This document shows positions 1-8,390 of a stretch of 46,013 nt of DNA, piece after piece. The stretch spans positions 1 to 46,013 of the forward strand of contig PEUU01000025.1 in assembly GCA_002781185.1 (NCBI GenBank), given 5' to 3'. The notes under the pieces were generated by a model. That model saw only the letters and a program-made list of their open reading frames with translations, ran no database searches and was not told the origin of the DNA. Source of the DNA: Candidatus Jorgensenbacteria bacterium CG03_land_8_20_14_0_80_38_39 (GTDB taxonomy: Bacteria; Patescibacteriota; Minisyncoccia; UBA6257; GWB1-50-10). The position numbers and the translations under genes were made by a program. How positions within the stretch are numbered: the stretch's first letter is position 1; the number at the start of each line of letters is the position of its first letter.

Positions 1-251
1 CCGAAGTCCGCCAGCAGGCGGATAAACTCCGCTCCCGCCGCCCTGCTCGTTCAGAGCAGAACCCAGCAAAAAAGTTTCCCTTTCCTTTTAGAAGAAAAGA
101 TCGGCGCGCGCAAATTAAAAAATGTGAAGAAAACTTTTTTGCGGGGTGGCGATCCGCCAGCTGGCGGAGAGCGGCGGCGGGGCGGAGCGTCAAAGTTCGC
201 AGTCCGGATTTTGCTCAAAGAAAGTTCGGATTTCGTCCAACAAGACCGCCA
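1..251. repeat. GC-rich nested inverted-repeat element (MITE/REP-like), probably truncated by the window start
   Basis: Palindromes TCCGCCAGCAGGCGGA (7-22) and TCCGCCAGCTGGCGGA (153-168). Arms CTCCGCTCCCGCCGCC (27-42) / GGCGGCGGGGCGGAG (173-187) and CCCAGCAAAAAAGTTT (62-77) / AAACTTTTTTGCGGG (131-145). GC content far above the flanks. Confidence 0.6.
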
Positions 252-557
252 AATACGATTTGTCGGAAGATGATTGATAATGTAAAAAAGATTTATAAAG
301 AGTAAATTTTTAAGTTTACCCCGTTAGCAAAATGAAGTTTTTGCTTCGGGGCAGATTTTAAAAAGGTGCGTTTAAAACTTGTTAAACGTAATCGCTTAGG
401 GTCACAAAATTTAGAAAGAAATATAAACGAATAAAACATTGATTCTATAATAAAAAATTGTCTCCATCAGGAAATCTACCACCGGGAGACAATCGTTGTT
501 GGATTAGGGGACTTGTTTTTTTCTTTTTTTTTGCTTTAATTAAATAAACAGGCAAAT

Positions 558-1061
558 ATTTTTCAATATTCTATAAACAACCAAATAAAAGCCGAGGAGC
601 TGCGAGTGATTGATGAAAAAGGCCAAAACTTGGGTATTTTTAAACTTGGAGAAGCTCTAAACTTAGCCCGAGAAAAAAATCTTGATTTGATTGAAATTTC
701 AGCCAGCGCCAATCCGCCGGTTGCCAAAATAATAAGTTTTGACAAATTCCGCTATCAAAAAGAAAAAGAAAAAAAGAAACAGCAGCAGACTCAAAAAACC
801 AAAGAATTGAAACAAATCCGAATTTCCCCCCGCGCCGCTTTAAATGACTTCCTCATTAAAGCCCGACAGGCAGAAAATTTCCTGAAAAACGGTCACCAAG
901 TGGAAATTAATTTGTTTTTAAGAGGCCGAGAAAAATTCAATAAAGAATGGAGCTTAAAAAAACTTGATGAATTTTTGAAAATGATAACCTTCCCTTATCA
1001 AATCACTTTGAAACCAAAAACCGGCGGTCGGGGCTTCGTCACCCAAATTTCGCCAAAATAA
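558..1061 (+). CDS. infC: Translation initiation factor IF-3 (probable ATT start)
   Basis: INNQIKAEELRVIDEKGQNLG, LDLIEIS, PPVAKI, KELKQIRISP, LRGRE. Frame is open from 540 with no ATG; ATT at 558. Followed by rpmI-rplT. Confidence 0.95.
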   Translation: MFQYSINNQIKAEELRVIDEKGQNLGIFKLGEALNLAREKNLDLIEISASANPPVAKIISFDKFRYQKEKEKKKQQQTQKTKELKQIRISPRAALNDFLIKARQAENFLKNGHQVEINLFLRGREKFNKEWSLKKLDEFLKMITFPYQITLKPKTGGRGFVTQISPK

Positions 1062-1063
1062 TT

Positions 1064-1243
1064 ATGAGCACCAAAAGTCTTATTAAAAGAATAAAAATAA
1101 CCAAAAAAGGGAAAATCTTAAGAAGGGCCATGGGGTTAGGCCATAATAAAGCTCAAAAACGAACTGTTCAAATCAAACGCCGCCAAAAATTTCGCGGCTT
1201 GGATTTAAAGAAAAAAAATATTATCCGTTATTTAAACCGCTAA
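1064..1243 (+). CDS. rpmI: 50S ribosomal protein L35 (not in ORF track)
   Basis: Manual translation MSTKSLIKRIKITKKGKILRRAMGLGHNKAQK... (59 aa); lies between infC and rplT. Confidence 0.92.
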   Translation: MSTKSLIKRIKITKKGKILRRAMGLGHNKAQKRTVQIKRRQKFRGLDLKKKNIIRYLNR

Positions 1244-1245
1244 AT

Positions 1246-1590
1246 ATGACCAGAGTTAAAAGAGGGAAAATTGCCCGTAAAAAAAGAGAAAAAATTCTCA
1301 AATACACCAAGGGATTCAGATGGGGAAGAAAATCCAAAGAAAGAGCGGCTAAAGAAGCTCTTCTTCATGCTTTGAGCCGCCAATTTAAGGGCCGTAAAGA
1401 AAAGAAAAGAAATTATCGTCAGCTTTGGAATGTTAAAATAAACGCCGCTCTTCGGCCGGAAGGAATAAATTACAGCCGATTTATCAATGCTTTAAAAAAG
1501 AAAAAAATTGCCCTCAATAGAAAAATCCTGGCTGATTTGGCGGAAAACGAACCGGCAACCTTTAAAAAAATTGTTGAATTTGTAAAATAA
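1246..1590 (+). CDS. rplT: 50S ribosomal protein L20
   Basis: MTRVKRG, RQLWNVKINAA, YSRFINALKK, LNRKILADLA. Confidence 0.98.
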   Translation: MTRVKRGKIARKKREKILKYTKGFRWGRKSKERAAKEALLHALSRQFKGRKEKKRNYRQLWNVKINAALRPEGINYSRFINALKKKKIALNRKILADLAENEPATFKKIVEFVK

Positions 1591-1593
1591 AAA

Positions 1594-1809
1594 ATGGCTC
1601 AAAAAACAACTATCAAAGGTTTTGAGGTTATTTACGATGACAATGCCTCAAGCGGTGTTTCTTATTTACGCGACAGCTTGGAATACGACGAGGCAATTAT
1701 TTTCTTTGACCGAGCCAGAAATTATGGCTCGGCTCCTTTTGAAGACCACAACGGCAATAATTTTACTTTAGTTTACCAAAACGGCGAATATTTTTTGAAC
1801 CGAAGATAA
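1594..1809 (+). CDS. Small hypothetical protein
   Basis: 71 aa ORF starting 3 nt after the rplT stop; protein-like composition. Confidence 0.65.
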   Translation: MAQKTTIKGFEVIYDDNASSGVSYLRDSLEYDEAIIFFDRARNYGSAPFEDHNGNNFTLVYQNGEYFLNRR

Positions 1810-2143
1810 AACAAAAACGCTTTAAATCAATCCGGCAATTTTTTATTTGAACTCCTTCTTTTTTTAAAATTCTTATTTTTTCTCTTTGCCCTTTAACATA
1901 GCCGCCAATAAATCCACTTGAACGAATCACCCGATGGCAGGGTATTTTTTCGCCCGCCAAAATTTTCCCTGAAAATTTAGGTGGGTAAAGATTTTTATTT
2001 TTGTTTAAAGCTTGACCGACTGCCCGAAAGGCCTGTGGCTGATTAATAATTCGGCTTATTTCTTTATAAGTTGAAACTTTGCCGGGCGGAATAAACTTTG
2101 CGGCGGTCCAAACTTTTTCTTTAAAACTTAATTTCTTTTTCAC
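1763..2143 (-). CDS. Methylated-DNA-protein-cysteine methyltransferase (MGMT/Ogt family)
   Basis: IPPGKVSTYKEI, RAVGQAL, active-site PCHRV. Confidence 0.92.
   Translation of the reverse strand: MKKKLSFKEKVWTAAKFIPPGKVSTYKEISRIINQPQAFRAVGQALNKNKNLYPPKFSGKILAGEKIPCHRVIRSSGFIGGYVKGQREKIRILKKEGVQIKNCRIDLKRFCFIFGSKNIRRFGKLK
1953..1985. repeat. Hairpin (REP-like) inserted in frame in MGMT
   Basis: CCCGCCAAAATTTTC-CCT-GAAAATTTAGGTGGG; encodes PPKFSGKILAG just before PCHRV. Confidence 0.6.
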
Positions 2144-2153
2144 TTTTTAACGT

Positions 2154-2570
2154 TTAACTGAATAAAACTTTGAAGGCTTTATTTAAAATGTTTTTTTGGT
2201 TTTGATAAATCAACATCCTTAAAGCTTCCCGATGGGAAAACCAGCCAAAACCTTGATGTTCAAAAGAAATCCTGATAATCGGATTTTTTGTTTCAGCCAA
2301 AAAATAAACTACAATTTTAAAAATCTTTCTTTTTTGCTGAGTAAAAATATAACGGTCGTAAACTTTAAATTTTTTGCTGAAAGTTAAATCGCCGGGACGC
2401 AAGCCGGTTTCTTCTTTAATTTCCCTTAAGGCGGCGGTATAAGAATCTTCTTCTTTTTCCAGCTTTCCCTTGGGGAAATTCCAATAACGGCCGCCGTGAT
2501 AAAGCAATAAAAATTTCGGCCCTTCTTTGGTTTTTCTGAAAATTATGATGCCGGCTGAAATTTCACGCAT
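2154..2570 (-). CDS. NUDIX hydrolase (Ap4A hydrolase-like)
   Basis: Nudix box GKLEKEEDSYTAALREIKEETGL, WNFPKG, SFEH; likely ATG at 2570 (MREISAG). Confidence 0.9.
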   Translation of the reverse strand: MREISAGIIIFRKTKEGPKFLLLYHGGRYWNFPKGKLEKEEDSYTAALREIKEETGLRPGDLTFSKKFKVYDRYIFTQQKRKIFKIVVYFLAETKNPIIRISFEHQGFGWFSHREALRMLIYQNQKNILNKAFKVLFS

Positions 2571-2576
2571 AAATAA

Positions 2577-2620
2577 ATCACTAATCAATCTCTAATATTA
2601 TCTCTAATAATCTCGAATTA
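2577..2620. repeat. Periodic inverted-repeat arm downstream of the GxxExxY gene
   Basis: CTAATCAATCTCTAAT (2581-2596) is the exact reverse complement of 3025-3040; repeated ATCTC[T/G]AAT units. Confidence 0.85.
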
Positions 2621-2995
2621 GTCGCCTTTTAAAATTCTTTTAAATTGCAGATTATTTCTATTGAAATTTGCCAAAATGCCTAAAGAAGTATTAGTGGCCT
2701 TCAAATAAGCCAAAACTTGTTTCACATCACGAATATAAAATTTATTAGCCACCTTAATTTCTAATATAATTTTATCTTCTATTAAAAAATCAAGAAAATA
2801 TCTTCCTATAGAAATGCCCTTAAATGAAAGTGGAATACTTATCTGTTCTTTAAATTTTATATCTCTATTTTTAAATTCTTGAGAAACGGCTCGCTGATAA
2901 TATTTTTCTTGATAACCACCACCTAAGTTATTGTAAACATCAAAAAGAATACCGATTATCTTATAACTTAATTCTTTTTCAACTAATTTAGCCAT
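2618..2995 (-). CDS. GxxExxY family protein (PD-(D/E)XK nuclease-like)
   Basis: LGGGYQEKYYQ, DFLIEDKIILEIK, QVLAYLK, GILANF. Confidence 0.93.
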   Translation of the reverse strand: MAKLVEKELSYKIIGILFDVYNNLGGGYQEKYYQRAVSQEFKNRDIKFKEQISIPLSFKGISIGRYFLDFLIEDKIILEIKVANKFYIRDVKQVLAYLKATNTSLGILANFNRNNLQFKRILKGD

Positions 2996-3044
2996 ACTAA
3001 TTATTAGAGAACATTCGAGATAAAATTAGAGATTGATTAGGGAT
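2996..3044. repeat. Periodic inverted-repeat arm upstream of the GxxExxY gene
   Basis: ATTAGAGA/ATTCGAGA/ATTAGAGATTGATTAG units mirror 2577-2620. Confidence 0.85.
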
Positions 3045-4813
3045 TATTTTAACATTTTTAACATCTTCTCCAATGGCCAGTAGTTAATAATGTCTTTTTT
3101 TTCAGCCCAACCCCGCCGGGCCTGACTAATGCCATATTCCAAATAAGGTAAATGGGTAACAGAATGAGCGTCAGAATCAATGGCAATTTTTACTCCGGCT
3201 TTTATAGCCAAATGGATATGGTCGTCTTTTAAATCCAGACGATTGGGGTAAGCGTTAACTTCCAAAACCGTTTTGGTTTTTTGGGCGGTTTTAATAATTT
3301 CTTCAATATCAAATTCGTAAGCTTCTCTTTTTTGAATGATCCGGCCCGAAGGATGAAATAAAATATCAACATTAGGATTGCTTATGGCTTTTTTAATTCT
3401 TTCGGTCTGCTCTTTTTTGGAAAGATTAAAATAAGAATGAATAGAAACTCCCACGACATCTAATTTGGCCAAAACTTCGTCCTTAATATCCAAACTGCCG
3501 TCTTTTAAGATATCGCATTCTGTGCCTTTTAGAATCTTAAATGGTTCGACTCGGCTCACCACGGGTTTTGAATTTTGTTCGTCAATTGACGAATTGAATT
3601 TTAAATTAAGCCGGTCAATTTCTTTTATTTGCTCCAGAAGTCTTTTTTCATCAAGACCATTGGCCATGGCCAGTCTTTTGGTGTGGTCGGTAATAGCAAT
3701 ATACTCCAAACCTTGCGCCATAGCTGCTTTAGCCATTTCTTCAATGGAATTTACGCCATCGGTCCAATTGGTTTGAACCTGCAAGTCCCCTAAAATTTCT
3801 CCGTAATCAATAAGTTTGGGAAGCTGATGGCGTCGAGCCAGTTCAATTTCTCCTTTGTTTTCCCGCATTTCCGGTTCAATGTAATCCAAGCCTAATTTTT
3901 CATAAATTTCTTCCTCGGTTTCACCGGCAATTTGTTTTTTTCCTTTAAACAAACCGTACTCATTCAGCTTGTAACCTTTCTTAAGGGCGATTTCCCTTAA
4001 AGCGACATTGTGGTCTTTAGAACCGGTGAAATAACTCAGAGCCGCGCCGTAAGATTTTTTTTCTACCACTCTCAAGTCAACATCCAAACCATTGTTTAAC
4101 TGAACCGCTGATTTAGTTAAACCCTTGGCATAAACTCTGGCGACTTCGGGCAAGGAAACAAAATAATCCATTACTGGCCGGGAATCGTTGGAAATAACTA
4201 AAATGTCCGCGTCACCAATAGTTTCTTTCCAGCGCCTGACCGAACCAGCCGCCACTAATCTTTCAACTTCTTTCAATTTTTTCAAACGCTCTTCCAAACT
4301 GCGAATCAATGACCTGGTAAACCCCAAAATAAAACGGCCGCTGGATTTTTTCAAAAACTTGATGCCTTCTAAAATGTTTTCTTCGGTTTTTTCCCCAAAG
4401 CCTTCAATTTTTCTGATTTTTCCGGTTTGGGCGGCTTTTTCCAAATCTTGAATATTTTTAATGCCCAGGGCTTCGTAAAGTTTTTTTAGGCTCTTTGGAC
4501 CTAAACCTTCAATTCTTCTTAGGGAAATTAAATCTAGGGGCGTTTGTTTTTTTAACTTTTCATAATACTTCAAATGGCCGGTTTTAATGAGCTCTTCAAT
4601 TTTTTCGGCAATGGAAACGCCGATTCCCGGAATGTCTTCAATAGCTTTTAAACCGCCATTTTTATAAATACTTTCCACTTCCTCTTCTAATTCTTCAATA
4701 ACCTCAGCAGCTTTTTCGTAAGCTCGAGGTTTAAAAGCCACGCTTTGCATTTCTAAATATTCCCCTATTTCTTTTAAAATTTCGGCAATTTGATGATTGC
4801 TAATCATACTCAC
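3044..4813 (-). CDS. polX: DNA polymerase X with C-terminal PHP domain
   Basis: RAYEKAA, HhH IPGIG and GLGPK, AGSVRR, GDADIL, YFTGSKDHN, LNEYGL, TDH, DSDAH. Confidence 0.96.
   Translation of the reverse strand: MSMISNHQIAEILKEIGEYLEMQSVAFKPRAYEKAAEVIEELEEEVESIYKNGGLKAIEDIPGIGVSIAEKIEELIKTGHLKYYEKLKKQTPLDLISLRRIEGLGPKSLKKLYEALGIKNIQDLEKAAQTGKIRKIEGFGEKTEENILEGIKFLKKSSGRFILGFTRSLIRSLEERLKKLKEVERLVAAGSVRRWKETIGDADILVISNDSRPVMDYFVSLPEVARVYAKGLTKSAVQLNNGLDVDLRVVEKKSYGAALSYFTGSKDHNVALREIALKKGYKLNEYGLFKGKKQIAGETEEEIYEKLGLDYIEPEMRENKGEIELARRHQLPKLIDYGEILGDLQVQTNWTDGVNSIEEMAKAAMAQGLEYIAITDHTKRLAMANGLDEKRLLEQIKEIDRLNLKFNSSIDEQNSKPVVSRVEPFKILKGTECDILKDGSLDIKDEVLAKLDVVGVSIHSYFNLSKKEQTERIKKAISNPNVDILFHPSGRIIQKREAYEFDIEEIIKTAQKTKTVLEVNAYPNRLDLKDDHIHLAIKAGVKIAIDSDAHSVTHLPYLEYGISQARRGWAEKKDIINYWPLEKMLKMLK
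3541..3604. repeat. In-frame repeat-derived insertion in polX
   Basis: TGGT-TCGACTCGGCTC-ACCA hairpin; perfect palindrome TTCGTCAATTGACGAA (3578-3593); similar to 15934-16013. Confidence 0.7.
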
Positions 4814-4817
4814 AAAA

Positions 4818-5474
4818 TTAACCTATGGCCGGCGGCCGATGGTCGGGAATACCAACCGATTTTTTAATCACTGGTTCGGGAAGAATGAGCTTTGGCATGG
4901 TTATTAAAAAAATGATGCTGGTTAAAGAAAAAATACCGACTAAGATAAAAACAATACTGTAGCCAAACCAGTTAGCTAATAATCCGCCAATTAAACCGCT
5001 GATGCCGGAAGCAAAACCAATGGCCGTGCTGTCCAAAGACCAATCAAAGGAATAACGGCTTTTATCCAAGTGCCGAGAAAAAACCCCTGACCAAGCCGGC
5101 GTATAAATAGCAAAAGCAATGGCGTGAATCGCTTGAACCAAATAAAGAGCCGCCAGACTTCTCACGGCTAAAAAGGCAAAAGCCGCAAAACTGCTTAAAA
5201 TTAAACTGACAACTAAAGCGTAAAAATCATCTTTTTCGCCTTCAATTTTATCCAAAAGATTGGCAATTGGCAGCTGAACAGCGGATTTAATAATCCAATA
5301 AATAGCCGCGGCTAAACCCACTGTTCCTAAAGTGGCCCCGCTGATTTTATCAATAATAAAAATAGGAAAGATTGGACCTAAAAATCCCCAGGCGCCCATT
5401 ACAGCCAAATCAACAAAAATATAATTTCGGATTAATTTACTAACTTTAAGATTGATGTCAATTTTTATTTTCAT
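4818..5474 (-). CDS. MFS-like membrane protein (half-size, about 6 TM)
   Basis: Hydrophobic helices; motif-A-like PIANLLDKIEG; GGLLANWFGY. Confidence 0.7.
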   Translation of the reverse strand: MKIKIDINLKVSKLIRNYIFVDLAVMGAWGFLGPIFPIFIIDKISGATLGTVGLAAAIYWIIKSAVQLPIANLLDKIEGEKDDFYALVVSLILSSFAAFAFLAVRSLAALYLVQAIHAIAFAIYTPAWSGVFSRHLDKSRYSFDWSLDSTAIGFASGISGLIGGLLANWFGYSIVFILVGIFSLTSIIFLITMPKLILPEPVIKKSVGIPDHRPPAIG

Positions 5475-5493
5475 TTTTTTAAAAGCATTTTAT

Positions 5494-8001
5494 CTACTCA
5501 ACCAATTTAAATTGAAAATCATTGTTTTCAAAACTAACTTTTAAGGAGTTCCCCCGGCCGATTTCTTTCTTTAAGATTTTTTCCGAGAGCCGGCTTTTAA
5601 TTTTACTGGAAATAACTTGCCTCATGGGCCGAGCGCCGAAAACGGGGTTGTAACCCAACTCGGCAATTTCAGAAATTGCTCCTTCTTCAAAATCCAAACC
5701 AATGTTTTGGGTTTCCTTCAAACTTTTAGCCAGGTCGTTCAGTTGAATTTGAACAATGGATTTTATTTCTTGAAGCTCCAAATTGCGGAAAACAATAACA
5801 TCGGAGAAACGGTTTAGCAATTCCGGCTTAAAAATGCTGGTTAATTTTTTCTTCAATTCGTCGGCAATTGCTTCTATAGGCTGACCGGCTTCCAAATTTT
5901 TAACAATAAATTCAGAATGGGCGTTGCTAGTGGCAATAATGATAGTATTTTGAAAATCCACCAACCGGCCTAAACTGTCGGTCAATCTCCCTTCATCAAA
6001 AACCTGAAGAAACAAATTTAAAATATCCGGATGAGCTTTTTCAAACTCATCTAATAAAATCAAACTGTAAGGTTTTTGTAAAACCGAGTCAGTTAACGCC
6101 CCGCTAACATTGAAAGAAGGGGCGCCTAAAAAACGGCTGATGGTTTGTTTTTCCTGATACTCGGACATATCAAAACGAATCATGGCGTTTTCAGAACCAA
6201 ATTGAAGTTTGGCTAAAATTTTGGAAAGTTCGGTTTTGCCGACGCCGGTTGGTCCGACAAACAAAAAAGCCGCAATCGGTCCGCCTTTGCGAGCCAAACC
6301 GCTCCGATATTCTCTTAAGGCTTCCGCTACGGCGTTGACGGCCTGATTTTGATTAACCAAACGCTCATGAATTAATTTTTCTAAATCCAGCAATTGCTTA
6401 ATCTCTTTTTCGCCGGCCCTTTGAATGGGAATCTGACTTCTTTCTTCAGCCACGGCAATAACTAAATCTTCATCAACCCTTTTTAATCTTTGACGTGCAG
6501 CTTCGGCTAATGCCTGCTTAAGCAAATCTTCGGCGCTTAAGGGTAAAACTTTTTGACGAAAATAGCGGTAAGCTAATTCCACGGCTTTTTTTATGGCTTT
6601 GAAACTGATAAAAATTTTGTAACTTTTTTCCAAAATCAAGCTGTCAAAAACCAAAAACCTAACGGATTCTTCCTGAGTTAATTCTTGAACTTGAAGAACC
6701 TCAAACATACTAAAAATTTCGCTTCGGGGTTCAATCCATTGCTTTAATTCCCGGGGATAAGTTTCGGCAATAACCGGAAAGGCGCTGGATTTTAAAATCG
6801 GCAGGAAAATATCAATAGCATTTAAAAATTGAGGGCCGGCGGTCCGAAAAAGATTTTCAAAATTAGGAATGTGTAAGATAATGTTTCCGGCTTTAAATAT
6901 TTCGTCAACTATGGTTTTCAAACGACCGGCCAAAACATCCGGCGTGGCGCTGGCAACTAAAGAGCCAATATCCAAAGAAACCAGACGCTTATCAAAAAGA
7001 GCCGGCGGCACCTGGTCCTTAACAATTAAAAAAGCTAAATGGGCCACCAAGGCTGACTTGCCAACCCCGGGTTCGCCGACCAGCAAAGCATTGGGGCTGA
7101 CGGCTCGGCAAAGAATTTCCACTAATCTTTGAAATTCTTTATCGTGACCGATTAAAAAGCCGATTTTTTCATTTCTCGCCAAATCAGTTAAATCAGTGCT
7201 TAAGGAATCCAAAACCGATGTTGGTCGGCTGGTCCAAGCCCGGTTTATAACCCGATGACGCAAACGATAACTAAAATGGCCGAAACCGCCCAAGACTCTC
7301 GGCAGCTGCCGAAGTCGGGCAAATAAAGACGAGTAGCGGCCGAAAATTGAAGCTTCCCTAATATCCCCGGCCGAAAGATTAAAAAGTTCCAAAAGTTTTA
7401 TAAAGCAGGGCTGGGGAAAAGCCATTAAAGCCGAAAGAATGCTGTAAGGTTCAATAAATCTTTCGCCCATCAGCCCCGCCTCTTGAAAAGCCGCCATTAC
7501 TAATCCTTCGGTAAAGTTTTTTAAATCATTTTTCATTGCTGTTTCCTTTGACTGCTCTAAATATCCCTCCAATTTTTCTTCAAATTCTTTTAAAGAAATG
7601 TCTAATCGTTTAAAAATTTCCTTGATAGTCTCTTGTTCAATAAGTTCTTTCAAAAGCAAAACGTGAAAATCTTTTTTAAAAACCGAAGATTTTAAAAAGG
7701 CTTGCATTATGACTTGATGAGTTTTGGGCGTCAAATAATTAGCCAGGTTAATCTTTTTTTTCTTTGGTTCCCGCTTTAATTCTGATAATGATTTTTCGGC
7801 TTGACCAAAATGAGAAAGACGGTCAATTAAAAACAAACTCAAAAGCAAGCCAAGCCAGCGGAAAGCCAAAAAATCGGAAAAAAACAAAACCGGCAAACTG
7901 ACTGCTAAAATTGCATAAACTACATAAATGGAAATTTTGACGAGGGAATTCCCCAATAAACTTAAATTCAACAGCGGGTCGTAAAAATAAAATCTGTTCA
8001 T
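5494..8001 (-). CDS. ClpA/ClpC-like AAA+ ATPase with N-terminal TM segments
   Basis: NBD1 GEPGVGKS; NBD2 GPTGVGKTE, RFDMSEYQ, LLDEFEKAH, PELLNRF, FGARP; two hydrophobic N-terminal helices. Confidence 0.9.
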   Translation of the reverse strand: MNRFYFYDPLLNLSLLGNSLVKISIYVVYAILAVSLPVLFFSDFLAFRWLGLLLSLFLIDRLSHFGQAEKSLSELKREPKKKKINLANYLTPKTHQVIMQAFLKSSVFKKDFHVLLLKELIEQETIKEIFKRLDISLKEFEEKLEGYLEQSKETAMKNDLKNFTEGLVMAAFQEAGLMGERFIEPYSILSALMAFPQPCFIKLLELFNLSAGDIREASIFGRYSSLFARLRQLPRVLGGFGHFSYRLRHRVINRAWTSRPTSVLDSLSTDLTDLARNEKIGFLIGHDKEFQRLVEILCRAVSPNALLVGEPGVGKSALVAHLAFLIVKDQVPPALFDKRLVSLDIGSLVASATPDVLAGRLKTIVDEIFKAGNIILHIPNFENLFRTAGPQFLNAIDIFLPILKSSAFPVIAETYPRELKQWIEPRSEIFSMFEVLQVQELTQEESVRFLVFDSLILEKSYKIFISFKAIKKAVELAYRYFRQKVLPLSAEDLLKQALAEAARQRLKRVDEDLVIAVAEERSQIPIQRAGEKEIKQLLDLEKLIHERLVNQNQAVNAVAEALREYRSGLARKGGPIAAFLFVGPTGVGKTELSKILAKLQFGSENAMIRFDMSEYQEKQTISRFLGAPSFNVSGALTDSVLQKPYSLILLDEFEKAHPDILNLFLQVFDEGRLTDSLGRLVDFQNTIIIATSNAHSEFIVKNLEAGQPIEAIADELKKKLTSIFKPELLNRFSDVIVFRNLELQEIKSIVQIQLNDLAKSLKETQNIGLDFEEGAISEIAELGYNPVFGARPMRQVISSKIKSRLSEKILKKEIGRGNSLKVSFENNDFQFKLVE

Positions 8002-8363
8002 ATTGAGGGATAAAAAACTTTATAAATTAAAAAAGGCGGAATTAAAAGCCAAACAATATACAAGACCAAAGCGGCGATTAAAATCAAACCGTAAACTAAA
8101 ATAGAAATCAAAACTCGGGAAGTCCGAAAAATAAATCCCAAAATATAACCCAAAAGGCTGTAATCTTGATAAAGAGGTTGAAAAAAAAATTTTAAAGTCA
8201 CCCGCAAAGCAAAGATTCTATCCAATCTTTCCAAAATATTAATGACGAAGTCTGAATACTTTAAAAAGCTTTTAAAGTACCAATGGCGGATAAATTCAAA
8301 AAGACGGTAAAAAAACCTTTCAATTAAATAAGAAATGGCAAAATCCGGTTTAACTAATTTCAT
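7998..8363 (-). CDS. Small membrane protein coupled to the Clp ATPase
   Basis: ATGA overlap with the Clp gene; FFQPLYQDY; hydrophobic C-terminal half. Confidence 0.8.
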   Translation of the reverse strand: MKLVKPDFAISYLIERFFYRLFEFIRHWYFKSFLKYSDFVINILERLDRIFALRVTLKFFFQPLYQDYSLLGYILGFIFRTSRVLISILVYGLILIAALVLYIVWLLIPPFLIYKVFYPSI

Positions 8364-8390
8364 TACTATAATTATACTTTATTTTTTCCG

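Noticed and set aside
3..305. Open frame EVRQQADKLRSRR...KKIYKE as a real protein
   Set aside because: It is mostly translation of the inverted-repeat element, with no start in the window and no recognisable domain.
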